64,000 nucleotides of DNA, taken from Solirubrobacterales bacterium. GTDB lineage: Bacteria; Actinomycetota; Thermoleophilia; Solirubrobacterales; 70-9. The notes under the pieces are model-generated. The model saw nothing but the letters and a program-made list of their open reading frames with translations, was not told where the DNA came from and made no database searches. Numbering within the stretch: the first letter of the stretch is position 1; each line of letters opens with the position of its first letter. Location: NCBI GenBank assembly GCA_036496625.1, contig DASXKW010000011.1, positions 2,372 to 66,371 on the forward strand, in the 5' to 3' direction. Of the stretch, positions 1 through 8,611 are shown piece by piece. Made by a program: the position numbers and the translations under genes.

Positions 1-213
1 GAAGCGAAGATCCCCAAGATCGCCGGCGGCTACGGCCACCCGATCTCGGGACATCTGACCATCAACCGCAAATGGACCTACAAGGGCAAGAAGCACAGCT
101 ACGTGAACGCTCGCTGCGAAACCGGCCACCTCTTGGCCCGCGGCGAATTCACCTTCAATGACGGCACCTTCCTCAAGGGCAGCTTCTTCCGGCCCTGCAA
201 AGTGGCGAAGTAG
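1..213 (+). CDS. 3' end of a CDS entering from upstream (hypothetical protein)
   Basis: Frame 1 open from window edge to TAG 211-213; third codon positions almost all G/C; no recognisable domain. Confidence 0.4.
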   Translation, partial: EAKIPKIAGGYGHPISGHLTINRKWTYKGKKHSYVNARCETGHLLARGEFTFNDGTFLKGSFFRPCKVAK

Positions 214-504
214 CTAGCGGAGCTTCGCGCGCAGTCGCTGCCAGAGCGACGGCGGCCGGGGCTGGGTGCGGCGCCACTCTTCCTCGCTGGGAAGGTGGCC
301 GGCCTTGCGCTCTTTCATCACGCAAGCCATGTGGGCATGCCGCCTGCGGCTGCTGTCGCCTTCGGGGGCGATCAGCGCATGCTCGCTGAGCGCCGCCAGG
401 CGCTTGCCGCAGATCGGGCAGCGGTAGGTAGTGGGCTTGCGGTTCTGCGCCGGGCGCATCGACCACCAGCGAACCGGCTCCCGCTTGGCCGGCGCGGGAA
501 CCAT
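214..504 (-). CDS. Small conserved zinc-ribbon-like protein (YRCPICGK...RRRHAHMAC)
   Basis: ATG 3 nt after stop of upstream gene; CxxC plus HxHxxC pattern recalled from small actinobacterial proteins often annotated ATP/GTP-binding protein. Confidence 0.55.
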   Translation of the reverse strand: MVPAPAKREPVRWWSMRPAQNRKPTTYRCPICGKRLAALSEHALIAPEGDSSRRRHAHMACVMKERKAGHLPSEEEWRRTQPRPPSLWQRLRAKLR

Positions 505-507
505 CGC

Positions 508-1398
508 TCAGGCGCCGGCGTGCAACTGCGGCGTCCTTGTGCCTCCGCGCCGGCGCTCGGCCTTGGCGACGACGTCGAAGAAGACGTCGTTGCGGCCGCG
601 GCGCACCTGGCGGGGGAAGAAGTGGCGAGCGCGGCGATGGCCGGCGGCCATCGCCCGGAAGCTGGCCTCGTGGGCACGGCCCCACTCGATGGAGAAGATC
701 TCCCGCACCCGCGGCGGCAGCGTGCCCTTGATGATGTGGTTCTGGGCGACGATGTTGCCGCGCGCCGGTGCCGGCACCGGTTGCTCGAAGGCGACCAGCG
801 GAGCCATCTCGAGGCCGTGCGGCGTGACCTGCAGCTCGGGGGATGCGAGCCGCTCCCGCCACCAGGCGCTGAACTCGGGGTAGCTCGCCGGGACCTCGCC
901 GCGGGGCAGGCCGAAAAGCTCGCCGAAGCGGACGTAGTCCTGCCAGAGCCCCTCGCGCTCCTCCGCGGTCAGCGGCCGGACCATCGTCTCGTACATCGCC
1001 CGGCCCGAGTCGGCGATCACCGCCAGCGTCCACAGCATCAGCTCCGGATCGAATGCCGAGTACGAGGTGCCTGCCGCGTGAGCGCCCGCCGCCTCGGGCA
1101 GGGTGCCGTTGACCCTTTCGTGGAGGCGCTGCACCACCGCCAAGGCCTCGTCGGCTTCCTTGCGGGTGCCGAGCAGGATCGTCTCCTGGATCTTGGCGGT
1201 GCGCGCCAGGCGCTGGAAGGGCCTGTCTGCCGAGCGGGTGCTGATCATCGTGCCGGTGTAGGTGAGCGGCTCCAGGGCCCCGATCAGCAGCGCCCGCTGT
1301 CCGTAGAGCAGGCCGACCGAGCGCTCGCCGTGGACGCGGCGAGCCATCGAGCGGCCCGGCGGGAAGTAGTGGTCGGAGTCGTCTTTGCGGTACGCCAC
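508..1398 (-). CDS. DUF2236 / MpaB-like oxygenase family protein
   Basis: Translation (GERSVGLLYGQRALLIGALEP..., DPELMLWTLAVIADS..., FRAMAAGHRRARHFFP) resembles DUF2236; long ORF trimmed to GTG at 1398 just downstream of the ftsH stop; start uncertain. Confidence 0.7.
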   Translation of the reverse strand: MAYRKDDSDHYFPPGRSMARRVHGERSVGLLYGQRALLIGALEPLTYTGTMISTRSADRPFQRLARTAKIQETILLGTRKEADEALAVVQRLHERVNGTLPEAAGAHAAGTSYSAFDPELMLWTLAVIADSGRAMYETMVRPLTAEEREGLWQDYVRFGELFGLPRGEVPASYPEFSAWWRERLASPELQVTPHGLEMAPLVAFEQPVPAPARGNIVAQNHIIKGTLPPRVREIFSIEWGRAHEASFRAMAAGHRRARHFFPRQVRRGRNDVFFDVVAKAERRRGGTRTPQLHAGA

Positions 1399-1411
1399 GG
1401 GTACCGAAATG

Positions 1412-2980
1412 CTATCTCGGTTGAGCGGCTCCGACGGGAAGCGTCGCGGCGGCCCGCTCGAACAGCTCCGGGCGAGCTCCCTCCCGCAGCTCGTGGGCGG
1501 CGAAGATCTCGTCGAGGTCCTCGCGGGTAAGCGTCTCGCGCTCAAGCGCATTGGCTGCCAGATCGTCGAGGCATTCGCGGTTTGCCGCCAGCAGGGCGCG
1601 GGCGCGGCGATGGGCCTCGCGCGCCAGCGACATCGCCGCCACGTCGACATCGCGGCGAGTGCGGTCGGAGAGCGCGTAGTCGCCGGTCGGCAGGGCGATT
1701 GGCGGCGCGCCGTCGGCGTCGAGCGCCACGCCCATGCCGAACTCGCCGACCATCTGGTTGCAGACAGCGTGCACGCGGGCCAGGTCGTCTACCGCGCCAG
1801 AGTAGGAGTTGCCCAGCACCTCCTCCTCGGCGGCGCGGCCGCCCAGCAGGGTGACGATCTCGTCGAGCAGCTCGTCGCGGGACTTCAGGTAGGTGTCCTC
1901 CTGGGGTGAGTGGCCGACGAAGCCGAGCGCCGGGCCGCGCGGGACGATGCTGAGGATCTCCGGCGGGTCGAGGCCGAGCAGGCGCCGGGAGAGCGCGTGC
2001 CCCGCCTCATGGTAGGCGACGATGCGCCGCTCCTTCTGGTTCAGCCGCCGCGCCTGCTGCGAGCCGACCGACTGGCGCAGCAGCGCCTCGTCGAGGTCCT
2101 CGCGCGCCATCGCCTTGCGATCTGCCCGCCCAGCGATGATCGCCCCCTCGTTGAGCGCGTTGGCGAGCTGCGCGCCAGTCATCCCGGTCGTCTTGCGGGC
2201 GACGTCGGTCAAGTCGAGGTCTGGGCCGAGCGGCTTGCCCTTGGCGTGGGCGCGCAGGATCGCCTCGCGCCCGTGGCGGTCGGGCGGCGCCACCAGCACC
2301 TGGCGGTCGAAGCGGCCCGGGCGCAGCAGCGCGTGGTCGAGCTTGTCGACGTGGTTGGAGGCGGCGATGACGATCACCGTGCCGGGATCGCGCTCGAACC
2401 CGTCGAGCTCGACCAGCAGCTGGTTGAGCGCCTGCTCGCGCTCGCTTGTGCCGCCGTCGCCGCCTCCGCCGCGCGCGCCCCCCACGGCGTCGAGCTCGTC
2501 GATGAAGATCACCGCACGGCCCGACTTGCGCGCCTCTTTGAACAGCCGCCTGATCCGGGCGGCACCCCTCCCAACGAACATCTCGACGAAGCTGGATCCC
2601 GAGGCGGCGAAGAAGTCGACGCCGGCCTGGGCGGCCACCGCTCGCGCCAGCATCGTCTTGCCGGTCCCGGGCGGGCCGAAGAGCAGCACGCCGCGGGGCG
2701 GCTGCGCGCCGAGGGCGGCGAAGCGGTCGGGGTCGCGCAGCCACTCGGCGACGTCCATCAGCTCGTCCTTGGCGGCATCGACCCCCTGCACCTCGTCCCA
2801 GAGCACCGGCGCCGTGCGGCTCGCCTTCACCGTCTCCGGCTTGGTCGAGCCCATCGTGCTGCGCATCAGCCTGAGGAAGACGAGCAGCAGCCCGGCCATG
2901 AAGAAGACCCCGAAGACGGGATACCAGTCGAAGAAGAATTCCTGGACTTCGGTCATCGTGACCGCTTGGATCGGGTGCAA
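1412..2980 (-). CDS. ftsH: FtsH-family AAA+ zinc metalloprotease (short paralog, single N-terminal TM)
   Basis: Walker A GPPGTGKT, Walker B IFIDELDAVG, SRH region, zinc motif HEAGHAL; hydrophobic N-terminus. Confidence 0.85.
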   Translation of the reverse strand: MHPIQAVTMTEVQEFFFDWYPVFGVFFMAGLLLVFLRLMRSTMGSTKPETVKASRTAPVLWDEVQGVDAAKDELMDVAEWLRDPDRFAALGAQPPRGVLLFGPPGTGKTMLARAVAAQAGVDFFAASGSSFVEMFVGRGAARIRRLFKEARKSGRAVIFIDELDAVGGARGGGGDGGTSEREQALNQLLVELDGFERDPGTVIVIAASNHVDKLDHALLRPGRFDRQVLVAPPDRHGREAILRAHAKGKPLGPDLDLTDVARKTTGMTGAQLANALNEGAIIAGRADRKAMAREDLDEALLRQSVGSQQARRLNQKERRIVAYHEAGHALSRRLLGLDPPEILSIVPRGPALGFVGHSPQEDTYLKSRDELLDEIVTLLGGRAAEEEVLGNSYSGAVDDLARVHAVCNQMVGEFGMGVALDADGAPPIALPTGDYALSDRTRRDVDVAAMSLAREAHRRARALLAANRECLDDLAANALERETLTREDLDEIFAAHELREGARPELFERAAATLPVGAAQPR

Positions 2981-3099
2981 GGCTTCGCCATCTCCTCTGG
3001 ATAGTGGTCAGAAGTGCGCATTGAGTGTGGGGGCAAACGCCGCGCACTCCAATCGCATATGCGTCCAGCCGTGCCCGAGAGGGCTAAAGGTTCGCGGCG

Positions 3100-3774
3100 C
3101 TAGAGGTCGCGTGGAGCGACGGTGCCGCTCTGCAGCGCCCGCTCGACCAGGGCGACGCGCTTGCGGTTCTGCGGCAGGTCCTCGACGCCGAGCTTCTCGA
3201 AGAGGGCTCGCATATGCGTCTTGACCGCGTCGACGCTGAGGTGGAGCTGCTCGGCGATCGCTTGGTTGGTCGGCGGCGTGGCGAAGGCGGAGCCGTCCTT
3301 GAAGGGGCCGCAGAGGGCGAGGAGGATGCGCCGCTGGGCCGGTGAGACGGTCACCGCCGCCGATGCCTCGCTCGCCACCACGGTCGCTTCCGCCGCCGCC
3401 TCGCCGGGACGCCGGTAGAGCACCTGGGTGTGGCCGAAGCGCAGCGTGTCGCCGTCGCGCAGGCGATGGCGGCCGTGGATGCGCTCTTCGCCGACGAAGG
3501 AGCCGTTGCGGGAGAGGCCATCGTCGAGCAGCGTGCACTCGTCGCCGACGACCTCGATCTGCGCATGCAGGGCGGAGACCTCCTCGTCCCAATCGAGGCG
3601 CAGGCCGGCGGCCTCGCCTCGCCCTACCCAGAGCGCGGTGGCGCCGGCCTCGACGACGACGATCCGCTGCTCGCCGGCGCCGTCGCGAAGGACGAGGAAG
3701 GGCCGCCCGCCGCGTTCGGCCTCGATCTGGGCCCGCAGCTCGGGGGCGCTGGTCTGACGCAGGTCGCCGCGCAC
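3100..3774 (-). CDS. FHA domain + LuxR-type HTH transcriptional regulator
   Basis: FHA-like core (VGRGEAAGLRLDWDEEVSALHAQI...LSRNGSFVGEERI...LRDGDTLRFG) and C-terminal LuxR HTH (TNQAIAEQLHLSVDAVKTHMRALFEKLGV). Confidence 0.8.
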   Translation of the reverse strand: MRGDLRQTSAPELRAQIEAERGGRPFLVLRDGAGEQRIVVVEAGATALWVGRGEAAGLRLDWDEEVSALHAQIEVVGDECTLLDDGLSRNGSFVGEERIHGRHRLRDGDTLRFGHTQVLYRRPGEAAAEATVVASEASAAVTVSPAQRRILLALCGPFKDGSAFATPPTNQAIAEQLHLSVDAVKTHMRALFEKLGVEDLPQNRKRVALVERALQSGTVAPRDL

Positions 3775-3784
3775 CTCGGGGCCT

Positions 3785-5005
3785 CTAGCTCTCCAGCACC
3801 TCGGCGACCGTCTTGACCGCGAGGCCGCTGGATTTCACCTTGTCGATCATTTCCTTGAAGGTCGCTTCGTTGCATTCGGTGCCTTCCGAGGCGCCGCTGG
3901 CGACGATGCGGTGGAAGGTGAGGATCAGCCAGCTCTTGTTGGTCGAGCACTGGGTCAGCGCCGCTTCGACTTCGGCTGCCGTCGCGGTGTTGCCGACGAG
4001 CCAGGATCGCAAGCGGCCGTTCTCGCCGGGCGGGAAGGTCTCCTGCGCTCCCCCCGGCCCCCCCTTGCCGCCCGTGGTGCCGCGGATCGCGTTGAAGAAC
4101 TCCAGCGCCAGCGGCATCTGCGAGGCGGTGAAGGAGCCCTTCGGCCACATGAAGACGTCGCGGCGCTTGAAGCCGTTTTCGATCAGCCAGCCCTTGATCC
4201 CTTCGAGCTCTTCTTCGACCACCGAGTCTTCGAGCGTCCCGAAGCCGGCGTTGTGGTTGGCGACCGTGTTGGCGTGAGCGCAGATGTCCCAGCGGCTGAT
4301 CTGCTGCAGCGATTTGAGCTGGGCCAGACTCATGTAGTTAGCTTCGCCGACGACATCGCGAATGATGCAGGAGGTTCCCCGCATGCCGTACTTGTCCATG
4401 TAGGAACGGGCCTTGGTCGAGGTCGATTCCCAGCCGTCGTCGAAGACGATGCTGACCACGCCGTTGGTCGGCTCGGGGACTGCGGAGATCTCGTTGACGT
4501 GAATCGTGACCGGCGCGACTTTGTCGTCTTCGATCCGGAGCTCGACGTAGTTGACGGCGCTGCGTTTGATCGAGCCGGCGGGGAAGTTGCCGGCCAGGTC
4601 TCCCCAACTGAGCGTCAGCGAGGCCCACTCGCCATCGGCGATGTACGGCTGGAACGGGGTAGCGATCGTGTAATGCACATTGGTGGTTGCGAGGTTGTCG
4701 CTGGAGAGGAAGATCGAGAACTGTTCGAGGTGGGCGAGGCCTTCGACCTTGAAGACGATGCGCAGGTCGCTGGCAGTGAAGTCGTAGGGGCCCGTTGATT
4801 TCTTACGGATGTGATTTTGGTTTTCATCACCTTTGGTGACGTACTTCAGCGACTGGGTGCCGATCACGAAGTCCGTCGTGTCGTCGGAGAGGGTGCCGGT
4901 CCCTCCGGCAGCCTGTTCGTAGCCGTGGCCGGCCTGAAACTGCTGGAAGACCGTCCGCTGCGCGGCCGCCGGGGTGAGGAGAGACGGGATCTGAAGGTCG
5001 CTCAT
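3785..5005 (-). CDS. Polysaccharide deacetylase (NodB homology domain) with N-terminal beta-rich domain
   Basis: VSIVFDDGWEST motif and downstream His motifs; no obvious signal peptide; locally lower G+C. Confidence 0.75.
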   Translation of the reverse strand: MSDLQIPSLLTPAAAQRTVFQQFQAGHGYEQAAGGTGTLSDDTTDFVIGTQSLKYVTKGDENQNHIRKKSTGPYDFTASDLRIVFKVEGLAHLEQFSIFLSSDNLATTNVHYTIATPFQPYIADGEWASLTLSWGDLAGNFPAGSIKRSAVNYVELRIEDDKVAPVTIHVNEISAVPEPTNGVVSIVFDDGWESTSTKARSYMDKYGMRGTSCIIRDVVGEANYMSLAQLKSLQQISRWDICAHANTVANHNAGFGTLEDSVVEEELEGIKGWLIENGFKRRDVFMWPKGSFTASQMPLALEFFNAIRGTTGGKGGPGGAQETFPPGENGRLRSWLVGNTATAAEVEAALTQCSTNKSWLILTFHRIVASGASEGTECNEATFKEMIDKVKSSGLAVKTVAEVLES

Positions 5006-5063
5006 CGCGCCAGTGTATTTGCGCGCGCCTGGGAGGCGTCGGCGGATCGCGCCCGGAGCCGCA

Positions 5064-5810
5064 CTAGCCGCGTTCGACCTGGGACCCGCCGACGATCGCC
5101 TCCGTGCCGTCGTCGCCGAAGACGATCCAGGCCTTGTTGCCGCCGTCGTAGTCGGGCGCCCACAGCTTCATCGTCGCCGGGCGGCCCCAGACCGTGACCT
5201 GCTCTCCGCCGATCTCGTTCTCGCCGCGCCAGATCTGCACGAAGGGGTTGGCGTCCCACTCGGCGCCGATCGTCGTCGGCTCGCGGTGGCCGGGGTGGAC
5301 GACCGTCTCCGGCGGCAGCTCCATAAGCTGCATTACCGAAGTGCGCAGGTCGTCGAAGCCGCTGGCGCCCGGCGCCATAGTTCCTCCGACGGTTCCCTTG
5401 AAGAGGACGTCGGCGGTGAAGACGTCGCTGCCGTTGACGAGGAAGGCGAGGTGGCCGGCGGCATGGCCCGGGGTCAGGATCGCCTCGATCTCGAGCCCTC
5501 CGCTGCTGAGCTTCTCGCCGTCGGCGATCGTCTGTGCCACCTCGGCCTCGATCTCGGCCGCCGCGTCTGCATGAGCGACCATCGGCACGCCGCCGAGCTG
5601 CTGCTGCGCCTCCGCCAGGCCGGCGACGTGGTCGCCATGCGGGTGGGTGATGAGGATGTGGGTGATCTCGATCCCGTCGCGCTCGGCCCGCTCGAGCAGC
5701 GGCCCGAGCTCGTCGTTGCCGTCGATCAGCACGCCGCTGCCGCCGGCTTCGTCGGCGACGAGGTAGGCGTTCGACAGCCACTGCGGGTTCTCGGTTCTCT
5801 CGACGATCAC
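5064..5810 (-). CDS. MBL-fold metallo-hydrolase
   Basis: THPHGDHVAG (HxHxDH) motif, later TPGH and HPGH. Confidence 0.85.
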   Translation of the reverse strand: MIVERTENPQWLSNAYLVADEAGGSGVLIDGNDELGPLLERAERDGIEITHILITHPHGDHVAGLAEAQQQLGGVPMVAHADAAAEIEAEVAQTIADGEKLSSGGLEIEAILTPGHAAGHLAFLVNGSDVFTADVLFKGTVGGTMAPGASGFDDLRTSVMQLMELPPETVVHPGHREPTTIGAEWDANPFVQIWRGENEIGGEQVTVWGRPATMKLWAPDYDGGNKAWIVFGDDGTEAIVGGSQVERG

Positions 5811-5853
5811 TCGCCGCTCCTTTCGGTTGCTCGCGCCCCCAACTCTCCCAGAC

Positions 5854-6618
5854 TCACACCGCTGCCGAGACCGAGCTGCCCTCGAGCAGGGTCTCGGCGA
5901 TCAGCTCGGGGTCGTCCCACATCGGCGTGTGGCCGACCCCGGGCAGGACGAGGTAGCGCGAGCCGGCGGGGCGGCGCTCGGGCCGGGGCGGTGCGACCAG
6001 GCGGTCGCGTTCCCCCCAGGCGAGCGTGACCGGGAGGTCCGGGTAGCCGCGGGGATCGAAGACGTGGGTCCGCATCGCCCGGTTGGCGCCTTCGTAGCCG
6101 CTCGAGTCGATCCAGCCGAGGACCAGCTTGCGGCCCTCCTTGGCGGGGATCCGCTCGGGTCGTGCCGAGAACGTCGCCAGCATCGACTCGCGAATTCGCC
6201 GCGTGTGCAGGGCCAGCGAAATGAAGGGCCGCAGGCGCCTGGCCCAGAGGCGGGGATTGACGCGGCGCTCGCCGAGCGGCTTGCGCCAGAGGCCGGCGGG
6301 CGAGATCGCCGTGACCGACGCGGCCCAGCCGGCGCGGCCCACCTCCAGCGCGACCCAGCCGCCGAGCGAGTTGCCGGCGACGTGGGGGCGCTCGAAGCCG
6401 CGCGCCGCGCAGACCTCCCGCAGCGCCGCGGCGAGATTGACCGGGCTCGGCTCGACCCCGGCCGGCAGCGAAGGGGCGACGCCGAAGCCCGGCAGGTCGA
6501 TCGCCAGCACCTCGCGCTCTGCCGCGAGCCGCTCGATCACCGGGCTCCAGACCGCAGTCGAGCCACCGAGCCCGTGCAGCAGCACCAGCTGCTCGCCGCC
6601 CGCCTCCCTCAACGCCAC
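5854..6618 (-). CDS. Alpha/beta hydrolase
   Basis: LVLLHGLGGS oxyanion region and nucleophile elbow GNSLGG. Confidence 0.8.
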   Translation of the reverse strand: MALREAGGEQLVLLHGLGGSTAVWSPVIERLAAEREVLAIDLPGFGVAPSLPAGVEPSPVNLAAALREVCAARGFERPHVAGNSLGGWVALEVGRAGWAASVTAISPAGLWRKPLGERRVNPRLWARRLRPFISLALHTRRIRESMLATFSARPERIPAKEGRKLVLGWIDSSGYEGANRAMRTHVFDPRGYPDLPVTLAWGERDRLVAPPRPERRPAGSRYLVLPGVGHTPMWDDPELIAETLLEGSSVSAAV

Positions 6619-7727
6619 TCCGGCTTGGCGAACAGTGCCTGCACGTCGCCGATCCTACGCTCCCGAAAGCCCGCCTCGGAAGTGCTGAGGTAGAAGGCCC
6701 AGAGGCGGCGGAAGCGCTCGTCGTAGCCGTGTGCGCGGAGCCGCTCCCAGGCGGCCGAGAAGCGCTCGCGCCAGGCGGCCAGGGTCGGCGGGTAGTGCGC
6801 GGTGATGTCGTCCCGCCAGACCTGGCGCATGTCGGTGACCCGGGCGAGGCAGTCGGCGATCAGCCGCTCCGAGGGCAGGCAGCCGCCTGGGAAGACGTAA
6901 GTGTTGGCGAAGCTGCGGCTGCCCTTTTCGATCTCATAGATGCGCTCGTCGATCGTGATCGCCTGCAGCAGCATCAGCCCGTCGGGGCTGAGCAGATCGC
7001 TGCAGCGGCTGAAGAAGGCGTCGAAGTACTGCCAGCCGACCGCCTCGATCATCTCGACCGAGACCAGGCGGTCGTAGCTGCCGCCGAGGTCGCGGTAGTC
7101 CTGCTGCAGGACGGTGACGCGGTCCTCGAGGCCCGCCTCGCCGACCCGCTGCCACGCCAGCTCGTGCTGCTCGGCGGAGATCGTCGTCGTGGTCACGCGG
7201 CAGCCGTGCTCGCGGGCGGCGTGGATCGCCAGCCCGCCCCAGCCGCTGCCGATCTCCAGCAGGTGGTTCTCCGGGCCGAGATGGAGGTGGTCGCAGATTC
7301 GCTCCAGCTTCGCCAGCTGCGCTTCCTCCAGGCTTGCTCCCTCGGCCGCGAAGTAGGCACACGAGTAGACCATCCGCTCGTCGAGGAAGGCGGCGAAGAG
7401 GTCGTTGCCGAGGTCGTAGTGGGCGGCGATGTGCTGCCGCGCCCGCGCCCGCGTGTTCTTCGGCACCATCTGGCGAGCCCTGTGCAGCAGCCCTCGCTGC
7501 CGAGCGACCGCGCCGCGCAGGCCGTCGAGCTGGCGCAGCTCGCGGGCGGCGATGCGGACCAGCGCGACCAGATCGTCGGTCTCCCAGAGGCCCTCGACGT
7601 AGGTCTCGCCGAGCCCGACGCTGCCGCGCAGCGGACCGAGCCAGGCGGCCGGATCGCGGATCGTCACGGTGGCCTGCAGATCGGCTCCGGCGGGGCCGAA
7701 AGAGCGCCGCCGCCCGTCCTCGACCAC
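6609..7727 (-). CDS. Cyclopropane-fatty-acyl-phospholipid synthase-like SAM methyltransferase
   Basis: LLEIGSGWGGLAIHAA SAM motif and Cfa-like flanking sequence. The in-frame upstream segment (SRLARAAVQQALSRIRSGRID) also looks coding but has no ATG/GTG/TTG, so the true start is unresolved. Confidence 0.85.
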   Translation of the reverse strand: MVEDGRRRSFGPAGADLQATVTIRDPAAWLGPLRGSVGLGETYVEGLWETDDLVALVRIAARELRQLDGLRGAVARQRGLLHRARQMVPKNTRARARQHIAAHYDLGNDLFAAFLDERMVYSCAYFAAEGASLEEAQLAKLERICDHLHLGPENHLLEIGSGWGGLAIHAAREHGCRVTTTTISAEQHELAWQRVGEAGLEDRVTVLQQDYRDLGGSYDRLVSVEMIEAVGWQYFDAFFSRCSDLLSPDGLMLLQAITIDERIYEIEKGSRSFANTYVFPGGCLPSERLIADCLARVTDMRQVWRDDITAHYPPTLAAWRERFSAAWERLRAHGYDERFRRLWAFYLSTSEAGFRERRIGDVQALFAKPEWR

Positions 7728-7792
7728 GTCGATCCGGCCGCTGCGAATGCGCGACAGGGCCTGCTGGACGGCGGCGCGGGCGAGCCGGCTTC

Positions 7793-8611
7793 CTAGGGCG
7801 ATAGGAACCCCCTCGGCCGCCGCCCGTCGGGGTGGGGGAAGGTGTGGGCGCCCTTCAGCTTCAGGCGCAGCGCCTGCGCATAGATCTTGGCGACGACCTG
7901 CAGCGACATCGCCGGGTAGCGGACCAGCATCCGCGCCAGCAGCGGCCCGCTCAGCTCGCGGCGGCGCAGCGAGAGCGTCGCGTCGAAGGCCTTCTGGCCC
8001 CGAGGCGCAACGCGTTGGGCGTCAGGTAGACCGCTGACGCGTTGCAGCGGCCGGGACTCGATATGGACCGTCAGGCCGCTGCCGGGCTCCGTCGCCCGGA
8101 AGGCATAGGTCTGGTCCATCCCCATCAGGGGGGAGACGTGGAGCGCCTTGTCGAGCTCTTCGGCCAGCACGGGTCCCTGACGCCCGTCGCGTGCCAGGAC
8201 ATAAGGATGGCGCTCGCCCCAGGGGATGTTGTTGACGTCGGCGATGATCGCCTCTACCCGCTTTCCGCCTCGGTCGAAGCAGTAGTAGAAGCTGACCGGG
8301 TTGAAGACGTGGCCGAGGAAGCGAAGGTTGGCGAGCAGCCGCACCGGGCCGCCGGGCCGGCAGCCGGTCTGCTCCTCGACCGCGTCGCGGGCGCACTCGA
8401 TGAGCGGGTGTGCGGGATCGCCGATGAAGTCGGGGCGGTGGAAGCGGGCGGGGGCGGGACGGCGTGCCGAGAAGAGCGGGTAGCGATCGAGCAGCCCGGG
8501 CAGCTCGTCGAGGTCGAGGTACATCAGGAAGAGCCGGTAGCGGAAGTCGTGCTCGATCGGCTCGAAGCGCCGGTGGCGGATCCAGCCCTCGTAGACGGCG
8601 GAGGCGGTCAT
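7793..8611 (-). CDS. DUF1365 family protein
   Basis: N-terminus YEGWIRHRRFEPIEHDFRYRLFLMYLDLDEL typical of DUF1365; 4-nt overlap with upstream oxidoreductase. Confidence 0.8.
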   Translation of the reverse strand: MTASAVYEGWIRHRRFEPIEHDFRYRLFLMYLDLDELPGLLDRYPLFSARRPAPARFHRPDFIGDPAHPLIECARDAVEEQTGCRPGGPVRLLANLRFLGHVFNPVSFYYCFDRGGKRVEAIIADVNNIPWGERHPYVLARDGRQGPVLAEELDKALHVSPLMGMDQTYAFRATEPGSGLTVHIESRPLQRVSGLPDAQRVAPRGQKAFDATLSLRRRELSGPLLARMLVRYPAMSLQVVAKIYAQALRLKLKGAHTFPHPDGRRPRGFLSP

